Assembly: GCA_039024895.1 (NCBI GenBank)
Contig: JBCCPJ010000005.1
Coordinates: 29,109 to 93,108 of the forward strand
DNA length: 64,000 nucleotides
DNA from: Pseudomonadota bacterium
GTDB taxonomy: Bacteria > Pseudomonadota > Alphaproteobacteria > Rhodobacterales > Rhodobacteraceae
Reading direction: 5' to 3'
In this document: positions 54,192-63,313 of the stretch, piece by piece
Position numbering within the stretch: the stretch's first letter is position 1
Layout of the letters: every line of letters starts with the position of its first letter
Notes under the pieces: model-generated
What the model saw: only the letters and a program-made list of their open reading frames with translations
The model's database searches: none
Told to the model about the DNA's origin: nothing
Position numbers and translations under genes: made by a program

Positions 54192-54620
54192 TCAAAGATG
54201 TTCGAAAGCCGCTGGCGTGAGTTTAATCTGATAACAGGTTTCTAAGCCGCAAAGGGAAACGATCAAACCCGTTTGTCTGCCGACCGCGATCAATTGCTCT
54301 GACAGGATTAGAAGCCCATGCTCTGTTATAAGCCCCTGTTCTTCCTCACTTTCCAAGCGCTTATAGGTAAGAGTAGCACCGTTGGCCGAGGCTTGGGCAA
54401 TGCCGGGAAAGCGTCCATCGCGCCGCCGAACGGCTGTCAAAAGTCCCGGCCCATGGCCGCGTATGGTCACAACCTCCGCCGTGGTGGAAACGATATCGGG
54501 TAATCGCGCGACGGGCGCAAAGCCTGTAGGCGCATGACGCTCGCCATGTGGGATGTGTTTTTCGGGCGCCGCAGAACACGCGGCGAGCGCGATCAAGATC
54601 GCAACCAAAGATACTCTCAT
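54192..54620 (-). CDS. lipoprotein, unknown function
   Basis: MRVSLVAILIALAAC lipobox. Start trimmed from 54641 to 54620. Confidence 0.55.
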   Translation of the reverse strand: MRVSLVAILIALAACSAAPEKHIPHGERHAPTGFAPVARLPDIVSTTAEVVTIRGHGPGLLTAVRRRDGRFPGIAQASANGATLTYKRLESEEEQGLITEHGLLILSEQLIAVGRQTGLIVSLCGLETCYQIKLTPAAFEHL

Positions 54621-54694
54621 AACCGCAAGGCTGAGGATCAAAACCTAAGAAATACTGAACAGCGGCAGATAAGCTCTTAGGAATGAAATTAAGT

Positions 54695-56305
54695 TCAGAC
54701 GACCTGCATTTCTTTCGTAGCCGACAAGCTCAGGTCCGGATGATCGCGTTCGATGCGGTCGATATCCCACTGTAATCGCGTCAGAAACACCACGTCACCG
54801 TCATTGTCATGGGCAATGTGCTGTTTGTTTGCGTTGACGAAAGCGTCGAGCTTGTCCTGGGGGCCGCTGACCCACCGGGCGGACGTAAATTGGGACGTCT
54901 CAAACCTTACAGGAAGCCCGTATTCCAGTTCGATACGGCTCGCCAGAACCTCGAATTGTAATTGCCCGACCACCCCAACGATAAAGCCGGAACCGATGGA
55001 GGGTTTGAACACCTTTGCCGCGCCTTCCTCGGCAAATTGCATCAGGGCCTTGTCGAGATGCTTCGCTTTCATGGGGTCGCCCGCGCGGACGCCCCGCAAC
55101 AATTCGGGCGCAAAACTCGGGATGCCGGTAACGCGGAGCGCTTCGCCCTCCGTCAGGGTATCACCGATCCGCAATTGCCCATGGTTGGGGATGCCGATGA
55201 TGTCGCCCGCCCAAGCCTCTTCCGCGAGTTCCCGGTCGGACGCGAGAAAGAGCACAGGGTTGGAGATCGCCATGGGCTTCTTTGATCGCACGTGGTGCAG
55301 CTTCATCCCCCGTGTGAAGTGTCCGGAGGCCATGCGCACAAATGCCACACGGTCGCGGTGTTTGGGGTCCATATTGGCTTGCACCTTGAAGACGAACCCG
55401 GCGACCGTTGTCTCCTCCGGGCTGACCTGACGCGGTTCCGCGGATTGCGGTTGTGGCAAGGGCCCGTAGTCGCCGATGCCGTCCATGAGGTCCTTCACGC
55501 CAAAGGAGTTAATCGCTGAGCCGAACCAAATCGGTGTCAGCGTTCCGTCGAGAAAGGCCTGCCGGTCAAACGACGGCAGCAATTCGCGCGCCATTTCAAC
55601 CTCTTCCCGAAGCTGCGCCAAAAGGGCCTCTGGGATGTGCTGTTCCAGTTTCGGATCATCGAGACCGTCGATCTTAATGGATTCCGCAACTTTGTTCCGG
55701 TCGGCCCGCTCCATAAGTTCGAGCCGGTCGTTCAACATGTCGTACGAGCCCAGGAAATCGCGCCCCATGCCGATGGGCCAGGAGGCGGGCGTCACATCAA
55801 TCGCAAGGCTTTCTTGGATCTCGTCAATTATCTCGAAGGTTTCGCGGCTCTCTCGGTCCATTTTGTTGCAAAAGGTCAAGGTCGGCAGATCGCGCATGCG
55901 ACAGACTTCGAACAGTTTTTGCGTCTGACTTTCGACGCCCTTGGCGCCATCGATCACCATGATGGCCGCATCCACAGCCGTCAGCGTGCGGTAGGTGTCT
56001 TCCGAGAAGTCCGAGTGGCCGGGCGTATCCACCAAGTTGAACCGAAAGTCGCGGTAATCGAAGGACATGGCCGAGGCACTCACGGAAATACCCCGGTCCT
56101 TTTCCATCGCCATGAAGTCGGACCGGGTGCGCCGCGCTTCCCCCTTAGCGCGCACCTGACCCGCCATCTGGATAGCGCCGCCGTAAAGCAGGAATTTCTC
56201 CGTTAAAGTGGTTTTGCCGGCGTCCGGGTGCGAGATAATCGCGAAGGTGCGGCGCCGCGCAATTTGCGGCGGCAGATCCGGGGTATTTGAAGCTCGATCC
56301 AACAT
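54695..56305 (-). CDS. prfC: peptide chain release factor 3
   Basis: RRTFAIISHPDAGKTTLTEK G1 motif, DTPGHSDF, NKMDR. Start trimmed to MLDRASN (ATG at 56305). Confidence 0.95.
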   Translation of the reverse strand: MLDRASNTPDLPPQIARRRTFAIISHPDAGKTTLTEKFLLYGGAIQMAGQVRAKGEARRTRSDFMAMEKDRGISVSASAMSFDYRDFRFNLVDTPGHSDFSEDTYRTLTAVDAAIMVIDGAKGVESQTQKLFEVCRMRDLPTLTFCNKMDRESRETFEIIDEIQESLAIDVTPASWPIGMGRDFLGSYDMLNDRLELMERADRNKVAESIKIDGLDDPKLEQHIPEALLAQLREEVEMARELLPSFDRQAFLDGTLTPIWFGSAINSFGVKDLMDGIGDYGPLPQPQSAEPRQVSPEETTVAGFVFKVQANMDPKHRDRVAFVRMASGHFTRGMKLHHVRSKKPMAISNPVLFLASDRELAEEAWAGDIIGIPNHGQLRIGDTLTEGEALRVTGIPSFAPELLRGVRAGDPMKAKHLDKALMQFAEEGAAKVFKPSIGSGFIVGVVGQLQFEVLASRIELEYGLPVRFETSQFTSARWVSGPQDKLDAFVNANKQHIAHDNDGDVVFLTRLQWDIDRIERDHPDLSLSATKEMQVV

Positions 56306-56441
56306 GATCGGCGATATAATGCGGCAACTGCCGATGTGCACGCGGATTGTTGTTGCTTTGACATATGCAATGGTTAATATGAGAACGTAACAAGAACAAA
56401 ATTCGAGCGGGATCAATCTCAACTCTCAGGGAGAACCCCAG

Positions 56442-56813
56442 ATGAACACTCAAGAAATTGCGCAAAAACTCTATCAGCATTGCCAGAATCAAACCGAGGC
56501 CGAAGGGCTTAAAGAGCTCTATGCGCCGGACGCTGTCTCGGTTGAGCCCATGGCACCCGCCGGAATGGACCCGGTGAGCACGGGTATCGAGGCCATCCAA
56601 GCCAAGCATGATTGGTGGGGTGCTTCATTCGAAGTGCACGACGTTCAGATGGAGGGCCCTTACATCAACGGTGACAAGTTCAGCATCATCTTTGAGTTGG
56701 ACAGCACCGAAATATCCTCTGGCAACCGTTGGAAGGGCAAGGAAATCGCGCTCTACGAGGTGGAGAACGGCAAGATTGCGCGTGAAACCTTCATGATGAT
56801 GCCCATGGGCTGA
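56442..56813 (+). CDS. SnoaL-like / NTF2-fold protein
   Basis: 123 aa; size and pattern typical of the NTF2-like superfamily. Confidence 0.6.
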   Translation: MNTQEIAQKLYQHCQNQTEAEGLKELYAPDAVSVEPMAPAGMDPVSTGIEAIQAKHDWWGASFEVHDVQMEGPYINGDKFSIIFELDSTEISSGNRWKGKEIALYEVENGKIARETFMMMPMG

Positions 56814-56832
56814 CGTGCCCAATACGCAAACA

Positions 56833-56925
56833 GCCTCCCGTTTCGAAACGCGAATGAGCTCTGGTGGTTCTTTTGGGCTAGCGCGTTTCCACTCTCAGGT
56901 GCTACGGCACGTCAAAACGGGAGGC
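56833..56925 (+). promoter_or_regulatory. nested-stem RNA leader pairing with the Shine-Dalgarno of the SDR gene
   Basis: Outer 11-bp perfect stem GCCTCCCGTTT (56833..56843) / AAACGGGAGGC (56915..56925); inner 8-bp stem GAAACGCG (56845..56852) / CGCGTTTC (56882..56889). GGGAGG lies 7-12 nt before the ATG at 56931. Confidence 0.4.
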
Positions 56926-56930
56926 GTTCC

Positions 56931-57710
56931 ATGGATTTAGGTATCAAAGGCAAACGGGCTCTGGTCTGCGCGTCATCGAAAGGTCTGGGGCGGGGCTGTG
57001 CGGAGGCTCTGGCCGAAGCGGGCGTTGATATTGTCCTAAACGCGCGCGGGGCGGAGGCGTTGGACGCCACCGCGGAAGCCATCCGCACCAAGCACAGCGT
57101 CAAGGTCACGGCGGTGGCGGCAGACATCACAAGCGACGATGGGCAGGCCGAGGTCCTCGCCGCCGCCGGTACGATTGATATCCTCGTCAATAATGCGGGC
57201 GGGCCGCCGCCGGGCCTGTGGAGCGACTGGACGCGTGATGACTTCATCAAGGCGCTTGATGCGAATATGTTGACGCCCATCGCCCTTATGAAAGCTGTTT
57301 TGCCTGGCATGATGGAGCGCGGTTGGGGGCGCGTTGTGAACATAACTTCGCAATCGGTAAAATCCCCGATCCCCGTTCTGGGCTTGTCCAACTCGGCCCG
57401 CGCTGGCTTGACCGGTTACGTCGCAGGGACGGCGCGGCAAGTGGCGCCGTCGGGCGTCGTCATCAACAACCTGCTGCCGGGCATCCACGCGACGGATCGC
57501 GCTATCGGTCTCGACACCGGCGCGGCGGAGGCGGGTGGCATCACCATTGATGAGGCGCGCCACAACCGCGAACAGACAATCCCGGCCCGCCGCTATGGTA
57601 CGGCGGAAGAGTTCGGGCAGACCTGCGCCTTCATGTGCTCCCAGCACGCGGGCTTTATGATCGGCCAGAACATCCTCCTCGACGGCGGAGCCGTTAACGC
57701 CACGCTCTGA
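56931..57710 (+). CDS. SDR-family oxidoreductase
   Basis: 259 aa; Rossmann motif (ASSKGLGRG), NNAG; classical SDR length. Confidence 0.85.
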   Translation: MDLGIKGKRALVCASSKGLGRGCAEALAEAGVDIVLNARGAEALDATAEAIRTKHSVKVTAVAADITSDDGQAEVLAAAGTIDILVNNAGGPPPGLWSDWTRDDFIKALDANMLTPIALMKAVLPGMMERGWGRVVNITSQSVKSPIPVLGLSNSARAGLTGYVAGTARQVAPSGVVINNLLPGIHATDRAIGLDTGAAEAGGITIDEARHNREQTIPARRYGTAEEFGQTCAFMCSQHAGFMIGQNILLDGGAVNATL

Positions 57711-57780
57711 GGACGCTTGCGCGCCAGCTGCCCGGTTGGTATCTGCCAGCACTTCCGAGTAAAACACTCGGGTTCCTGCG

Positions 57781-58881
57781 GTGAGAACAGGTGTGAGCGA
57801 AGAAACGGATGGGTTAAAGGTCGAAGGGCTGAGCTTTTCAGCCCAAGGTCGTGATATCGTCTCTGGCATTTCCCTAGACGTGCGATCCGGGCAGGTGACA
57901 TGCTTGCTTGGCCCGTCGGGGTGCGGCAAATCAACCACGCTACGGATCATCGCGGGCGTCACGCAGCAAGACGCGGGCAGGGTATCGCTTGACGGACGTC
58001 TATTGTCCGACGGTCGTCTCCATCTGCCCCCGGAAGAAAGGCGCATTGGCTTGATATTTCAGGACTTTGCGCTATTTCCGCATTTCAACGTTGCGCAGAA
58101 TGTGGGGTTTGGGCTGAGCGACCCCAAGGCGGAACGTGCCGCTCGCGTTGCGGAAACTCTGGAGCGCGTGCATCTCACGGATTTTGCCGACGCCTTTCCG
58201 CACGAGCTATCTGGTGGCGAGCAACAGCGTGTCGCCCTCGCGCGGTCGATTGCCCCAAAGCCACGGGTCATGTTGATGGATGAGCCCTTTTCCGGTCTCG
58301 ATAATCGCCTTCGCGATGGTATCCGTGACGAAACATTGGATATCCTCAAGGAAGAAGGCACTGCCGTTATTCTAGTCACCCATGAGCCTGAAGAAGCGAT
58401 GCGGATGGCCGACGAGATCGCCTTGATGCGCAACGGCCAAATTGTACAGCAAGGGGCGCCTTACACGCTTTACAATGCACCCGTTGATCGTATGGCCGCT
58501 GCATTTTTTAGTGATATCAACGCCATCCAGGGCAAAGTAGAAAGCGGCGTTGTAAAGACACCATTCGGCGAAATTGCCGCCCCCGGCCTACCGAACGGCG
58601 GGGAGGTCGATGTCATTATCCGACCGCAACATGTCGGTATCGATTTTGACCGAAATGGGCGTGGTCCGAACCCCACGGCGGAGGACGGCGTTCCGGTGCG
58701 CGGCATTGTCCGTCGAGCGAGGTTCATGGGATATGAGAGCCTTGTTGAGTTTCAGATGGACTATGATGGCTCGATGCTGAAAGCGACGGTGCCGTCGGTC
58801 TTTCTGCCGAAGCCCGGCAAAGTGCTATGGATAACGTTGCGGCGCAAACGATGTATGGTGCTTGCCGCAGGGGATGCTTGA
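57781..58881 (+). CDS. ABC transporter ATP-binding protein (FbpC/PotA-like importer ATPase with C-terminal regulatory domain)
   Basis: Walker A GPSGCGKST, signature LSGGEQQRV, Walker B MLMDEP. No permease or binding-protein gene adjacent. Confidence 0.85.
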   Translation: MRTGVSEETDGLKVEGLSFSAQGRDIVSGISLDVRSGQVTCLLGPSGCGKSTTLRIIAGVTQQDAGRVSLDGRLLSDGRLHLPPEERRIGLIFQDFALFPHFNVAQNVGFGLSDPKAERAARVAETLERVHLTDFADAFPHELSGGEQQRVALARSIAPKPRVMLMDEPFSGLDNRLRDGIRDETLDILKEEGTAVILVTHEPEEAMRMADEIALMRNGQIVQQGAPYTLYNAPVDRMAAAFFSDINAIQGKVESGVVKTPFGEIAAPGLPNGGEVDVIIRPQHVGIDFDRNGRGPNPTAEDGVPVRGIVRRARFMGYESLVEFQMDYDGSMLKATVPSVFLPKPGKVLWITLRRKRCMVLAAGDA

Positions 58882-58944
58882 GGTGAGCGTTGTATTTCCC
58901 TAGCAAGGAACATTTGAAAAGCGCCGCAGACTAGGCAAGAGGCG

Positions 58945-59652
58945 CTACTCGGCAGCGCGCCGGTCGATGAAGTCCGCGAGTGACTTGCCTGGCTCCTCTT
59001 CAAAAGTGTCGAAACTTATATCCAGCGTCTTGATACGGTCGGCGCGGAACACAACGAAGTCATGCGTTCGCTCGCACCAGCCGGTCAAAGTCCAAACCCG
59101 CCCCCAATATTCCATCTGAAGCGGGCGCACACGTCGCGGGGCACGAGGGACGCCATCCGGCTCATAGGTAATGTCCACTTTTCGGCGGGACCGGATGGCG
59201 GCGCGCAAAGGGGCCATGTGGACGAAACCGCGCGCCGGCTCTTCGAAAGGGTAAACCGAAAACCCCCATCCCGACGCGGGTGGGGAGCGATCTTCTGGAA
59301 GCGCGGCGTCAACCTTTGCGGCAAGCGACGCCGCCGCAGCACGCACTTCCTCGTCCGCGGCTTTCGAGACGACGGCAAGCCCGAGGTGCAGCGCTTCGAG
59401 CTCCGGCAGGGTCAAGTTCAACGGCGGCAAGGTAATTGGCGCGGTCATCATGTAGCCCAGCCCACGCTCCCCCTCGACGGGCAGTCCGGAGGCAATGATC
59501 GCCTCCATATCGCGATAGAGCGTGCGAAGCGAAATGCCGAGGCGACCTGCGAGGTCTGTGCCCCGATGCAGCCGCCCATCCCGTAAGATCTGGATCAGTT
59601 CGTAAAGCCGGTCCGTACGACGCAAGTATCTCTCCGATTCGGATGCCGCCAA
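58945..59652 (-). CDS. YafY-family transcriptional regulator (HTH + WYL domains)
   Basis: N-terminal RTDRLYELIQILRDG...LGISLRTLYRDM HTH and a C-terminal WYL-like region (WTLTGWCERTHDFVVFRADRI). Non-ATG start: TTG at 59652, or the in-frame TTG at 59625. Confidence 0.8.
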   Translation of the reverse strand: MAASESERYLRRTDRLYELIQILRDGRLHRGTDLAGRLGISLRTLYRDMEAIIASGLPVEGERGLGYMMTAPITLPPLNLTLPELEALHLGLAVVSKAADEEVRAAAASLAAKVDAALPEDRSPPASGWGFSVYPFEEPARGFVHMAPLRAAIRSRRKVDITYEPDGVPRAPRRVRPLQMEYWGRVWTLTGWCERTHDFVVFRADRIKTLDISFDTFEEEPGKSLADFIDRRAAE

Positions 59653-59667
59653 ATATAAGAGCGGCGT

Positions 59668-59693
59668 ACAACTGACATTATTATGTCAGTTGT
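59668..59693. promoter_or_regulatory. perfect 11-bp-arm inverted repeat (candidate YafY operator) in the yafY-tatA divergent region
   Basis: ACAACTGACAT-TATT-ATGTCAGTTGT; 16 nt from the longest yafY start and 116 nt upstream of tatA. Confidence 0.55.
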
Positions 59694-59808
59694 CCATTTG
59701 CACCCCTCAAAACGGCCGTTGTGCGCGTTTCCCGGCGATTTGCGCTTTTCGACCAAAGGTAACCAACGTAAACACACAGCCGGATTTCGAAATGGAGTGC
59801 ATGAAGCC

Positions 59809-60024
59809 ATGCTGAACAATATCGGCCTTCCCGGCCTTCTGCTCATTGCTGTAGTCGTTCTTGTCTTGTTTGGGCGCGGTAAGATCTCGTCCCTGATGGG
59901 TGAGGTCGGAAAAGGCATCACCGCGTTCAAGAAAGGCGTGGATGACGGCAAGAAGGAAATCGAGAACGAAGCCTCCGAAGTTGCGCGCGACGTGACGCCG
60001 GAAGAAGAAAAAGACAAGGCCTGA
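59809..60024 (+). CDS. tatA: twin-arginine translocase subunit TatA
   Basis: 71 aa; [34 protein letters not shown]. Start trimmed from the ORF-track 59683. Confidence 0.9.
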   Translation: MLNNIGLPGLLLIAVVVLVLFGRGKISSLMGEVGKGITAFKKGVDDGKKEIENEASEVARDVTPEEEKDKA

Positions 60025-60040
60025 TCTCGGGAACACCCAA

Positions 60041-60514
60041 ATGTTCGATTTCGGCTTCGGCGAGCTTCTTCTGATTGGCATTGTCGCGTTGGTCTTCCTT
60101 GGGGATGACCTGCCAAACGTGTTCCGTCAGATGGGCCGGTTTACCGGCAAGGTACGTCGCATGGCGCGCGAGTTTTCACGCGCGATGGAAGAGGCGGCCG
60201 ATGAGGCTGGCGTCAAGGAAGCGGCCAATACGTTCAAGGATGCCGCCAACCCGTCAAAAATGGGACTGAACAAACTGAGCGAAGCCGCCGACAAGTTTGA
60301 GAAATGGGACCCTACCAAGCCGTCGGAGCGGGCAAAGTCCGTCGGCGCCGAGACGTCTCGGCTCAGTGAAGAACGGGCCGAGGCGGCCCGGAAGATACGT
60401 GAATACTCCACCCAGAAGGGGAACGAGCGTTTGGCGGCAGAGAAGGCAGCCGCTGAGAAAGCCGCGGCCGAAGAAGCCACGACACAAGCGCCCGACACGA
60501 AAGACGGCGCATGA
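60041..60514 (+). CDS. tatB: twin-arginine translocase subunit TatB
   Basis: MFDFGFGELLLIGIVALVFLG N-terminus followed by an amphipathic, charged tail. Confidence 0.9.
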   Translation: MFDFGFGELLLIGIVALVFLGDDLPNVFRQMGRFTGKVRRMAREFSRAMEEAADEAGVKEAANTFKDAANPSKMGLNKLSEAADKFEKWDPTKPSERAKSVGAETSRLSEERAEAARKIREYSTQKGNERLAAEKAAAEKAAAEEATTQAPDTKDGA

Positions 60515-61461
60515 CGCAGACAGACGATGTCGAAGACAGCTCCGCCCCGCTGATCGAGCATCTGCGCGAATTGCGCATGCGGCTCATCCGCTCCATCATC
60601 GCTTTTATCATCGGGATCGTTCTGGCCTTCACCGTTGCCGAACCGATCCTGCAGTTTCTGCTGGTTCCCATTGAGGAAACGCTCCGAAATCTGGGTGATC
60701 CGTCCCCGACGCTGCAATATACCAGTCCGCAGGAATATCTGTTTACCTTGTTCCGCATCTCCATGGTGTTCGGCTTTGCCCTCGCGTTTCCGGTTATCGC
60801 CTTTCAACTTTGGCGCTTTGTGGCCCCCGGTCTCTACCGGACAGAAAAGAACGCGTTTCTGCCTTTCATTATCGCCTCGCCGGTCATGTTTCTGTTGGGC
60901 GCGGCGTTTGCGCATTTTGTCGTCACCCCTCTGGCGATGGCGTTTTTCCTGGGCTTCGCGGACGTCTCGTCGATCTTTGCAAACCTGATGGGCCGGGTGG
61001 CAGAGACGCCATCCTCAGTGTTGATAGAGCCAGACGGTTTGGCCGTACCCGAGACCCAAGAAGGGGTGCGCATCACCTTTTTCGGGAAGGTGAATGAATC
61101 GCTCGACATCACGCTGAAGTTCATCATGGCGTTTGGGCTCTGTTTCCAGTTGCCGGTCCTGCTAACCTTGATGGGCAAAGCTGGCCTCGTTTCGGCCCGC
61201 GGGTTGGCTTCCATGCGGAAATACGCGGGCGTCGGCATTCTGGTGCTGGCGGCACTTGTTACGCCGCCCGATGTCATCACGCAGCTAATCCTGTTCACGG
61301 CGGTTTACGGGCTTTACGAAATCTCGATCCAACTCGTCAAAATGGTTGAGAAGAAGAAGGTCCAGAAACTGCGCGAGGAGGGCATTCTGGGCGAAGACGA
61401 AGACCTCTATTCTGAGTTTGAAGATGAAGAGGGCGAAGCCGAAGCGGACCCCAAGCCGTGA
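60511..61461 (+). CDS. tatC: twin-arginine translocase subunit TatC
   Basis: 316 aa with six TM segments; APLIEHLRELRMRL N-terminus. An insertion lies between TM segments and the C-terminal tail is acidic. Confidence 0.92.
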   Translation: MTQTDDVEDSSAPLIEHLRELRMRLIRSIIAFIIGIVLAFTVAEPILQFLLVPIEETLRNLGDPSPTLQYTSPQEYLFTLFRISMVFGFALAFPVIAFQLWRFVAPGLYRTEKNAFLPFIIASPVMFLLGAAFAHFVVTPLAMAFFLGFADVSSIFANLMGRVAETPSSVLIEPDGLAVPETQEGVRITFFGKVNESLDITLKFIMAFGLCFQLPVLLTLMGKAGLVSARGLASMRKYAGVGILVLAALVTPPDVITQLILFTAVYGLYEISIQLVKMVEKKKVQKLREEGILGEDEDLYSEFEDEEGEAEADPKP

Positions 61462-62297
61462 TCAATGATCCGATGGAACGGATTGCCGAAGCGCTGGAGC
61501 GGATGTCGCCCGCCCCGTTGCCCTTGCCGAATTTTACCGTCGCGGATGCCTTCGTTTGGCATGTCAGCCCGGATCGTCTGGAACCCGTTGCCAAGGTAAA
61601 CCGGATTGAAATCGACCTGCTCGTCGGAATCAACCGTTCGCGCGACACGTTGGTCGAGAACACGCGCCAGTTCGCGCGCGGGCTGCCCGCCAACAACGCA
61701 CTCCTTTGGGGCGCGCGGGGCATGGGAAAATCCAGCCTCGTGAAGGCAGCCCATGCGGCGGTGCTTGCGGAAGGTTTGCCTATAAAGATCGTTGAGATAC
61801 AGCGCGAAGACCTGCCCTCCGTCGGTCGCTTGTTGCAGATGCTCCGTTCAGCGCAGGCGCGGTTTCTGCTGTTTTGTGACGACCTTTCATTCAGTCATGA
61901 TGACCAACACTACAAGTCCTTGAAAGCTGTTCTGGATGGCGGGATCGAGGGGCGACCGGACAATGTGATATTCTACGCGACATCCAACCGCCGCCATTTG
62001 ATGCCGCGCGACATGATTGAGAACGAGCGTCAGAGTTCCATAAATCCTTCCGAGGCTGTCGAGGAAAAAGTTTCCCTCTCGGATCGCTTCGGTCTGTGGC
62101 TCGGTTTCCACCCCTGCACACAGGATGAGTACCTCGCCATGGTTCGCGGCTATTGCGATGCCCATGGTATTGAAATTGACGACGAGACACTCAGGGCAGA
62201 GGCGATCGAATGGCAGGCCACGCGCGGCGCGCGTTCGGGGCGGGTGGCGTGGCAGTATTTTATCGATCTGGCCGGGCGTAGGGGTGTTGGGCTTTGA
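61458..62297 (+). CDS. P-loop ATPase, DUF815 / AAA-like
   Basis: Walker A GARGMGKSS and Walker B-like LLFCDDLSF. GTG start overlaps the tatC stop (GTGA); an in-frame ATG lies at 61473. Confidence 0.75.
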   Translation: MINDPMERIAEALERMSPAPLPLPNFTVADAFVWHVSPDRLEPVAKVNRIEIDLLVGINRSRDTLVENTRQFARGLPANNALLWGARGMGKSSLVKAAHAAVLAEGLPIKIVEIQREDLPSVGRLLQMLRSAQARFLLFCDDLSFSHDDQHYKSLKAVLDGGIEGRPDNVIFYATSNRRHLMPRDMIENERQSSINPSEAVEEKVSLSDRFGLWLGFHPCTQDEYLAMVRGYCDAHGIEIDDETLRAEAIEWQATRGARSGRVAWQYFIDLAGRRGVGL

Positions 62298-62658
62298 CGA
62301 CGCCCGCTAAGGGGCGGTTAACGGGTGCAAATCCACTTGATGCAGGCGCGCCGCCGCCAGGCGCATGCTGCGATGTCCGATAGGCTTGCCCGCGTCGTTG
62401 TGGGCTGAAGTGTCGAATGATGCCGACCAATGAGACGGTGATGAAAAACACCTGAATGACGGCGGAAGCCAGGTTGAAATCTTGAACAAGACTGATCAAC
62501 ACAAGTACTGCGGCCAGTAATTTGGTAGCGTAATAGATAGGCGACTGGCTTGGCAGCTTGTCATAAGCCGAGAGCACGTAACCAACTGAGTAAAGAATTG
62601 CCCCGGAGAGGCCGAAGGCCTCACTTGCAGAAATTTGTATTGTTTGCCCGTCTACCAT
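62260..62658 (-). CDS. small three-TM membrane protein with a disordered C-terminal tail
   Basis: 132 aa; the hydrophobic N-terminal ~85 aa resembles the CBU_0592-type small membrane protein family (from memory). Its 3' end overlaps the convergent DUF815 gene by 38 nt. Confidence 0.5.
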   Translation of the reverse strand: MVDGQTIQISASEAFGLSGAILYSVGYVLSAYDKLPSQSPIYYATKLLAAVLVLISLVQDFNLASAVIQVFFITVSLVGIIRHFSPQRRGQAYRTSQHAPGGGAPASSGFAPVNRPLAGVVKAQHPYARPDR

Positions 62659-62777
62659 AGGTCACACATTGTCTTCGTCGTGTGGGTTTCGTAGGGCGCA
62701 GAATTAGGCGCGTCACCGGGCGAATTGGATGCTTCACGTGGGTTTCACGGAACGCTCACATAAGCTGCCGGACGACG

Positions 62778-63242
62778 TTACTTTCGGAACTTATCCAGGC
62801 TGACGATCTCCGCATTTCCGTTTGGTTCCGCCGCCTCACCGTCTTTCTCCTCGACAGGTTTTGGTGCTGGATCGCCCTCGACTTCGTCTTCTTGGGTCTC
62901 AAAGCGCAGGCCAAATTCAACGGAGGGGTCAACGAAAGTGCGAATAGCTTCGTAAGGGACGTAAAGTGGCTCCGGTGCATCGCCGAAGTTCAGGGTGACC
63001 GCGAAGCCTTCGTCCGTCACATCAAGGTTTTCAAACCAGTGCTGCATGACAATGGTCATTTCTTCCGGGTAGCGGTCAGACAGCCAATCGGCAATTTCCA
63101 CATCCGGATGCATTGTGTCGAAGGTGATGAAAAAATGGTGCTGGCCGGGTAGCCCGTTTTTCGCGACATCCGACAAGACATTCTGAATGAGCCCCCGCAT
63201 CGCGCGGTGCATCAGATTGCCGTAGTCGATCGATGCGGTCAT
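62778..63242 (-). CDS. sspB: ClpXP adaptor SspB (alphaproteobacterial type)
   Basis: 154 aa; HHFFITFDT...IVMQHWFENL core typical of the SspB fold, with an acidic linker and a short C-terminal tail. Confidence 0.75.
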   Translation of the reverse strand: MTASIDYGNLMHRAMRGLIQNVLSDVAKNGLPGQHHFFITFDTMHPDVEIADWLSDRYPEEMTIVMQHWFENLDVTDEGFAVTLNFGDAPEPLYVPYEAIRTFVDPSVEFGLRFETQEDEVEGDPAPKPVEEKDGEAAEPNGNAEIVSLDKFRK

Positions 63243-63313
63243 TGCGTCATCCCGAGTGGTCCTTCGGATAGCATAGGGGATTCACTCTGGAAGAAAAGCC
63301 GTGAGCGACGCAG

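Noticed and set aside
59683-59808. ORF-track start of the tatA frame at 59683.
   Set aside because: That ATG lies inside the 26-bp palindrome and would add 42 non-TatA residues. The canonical TatA N-terminus begins at the ATG at 59809.
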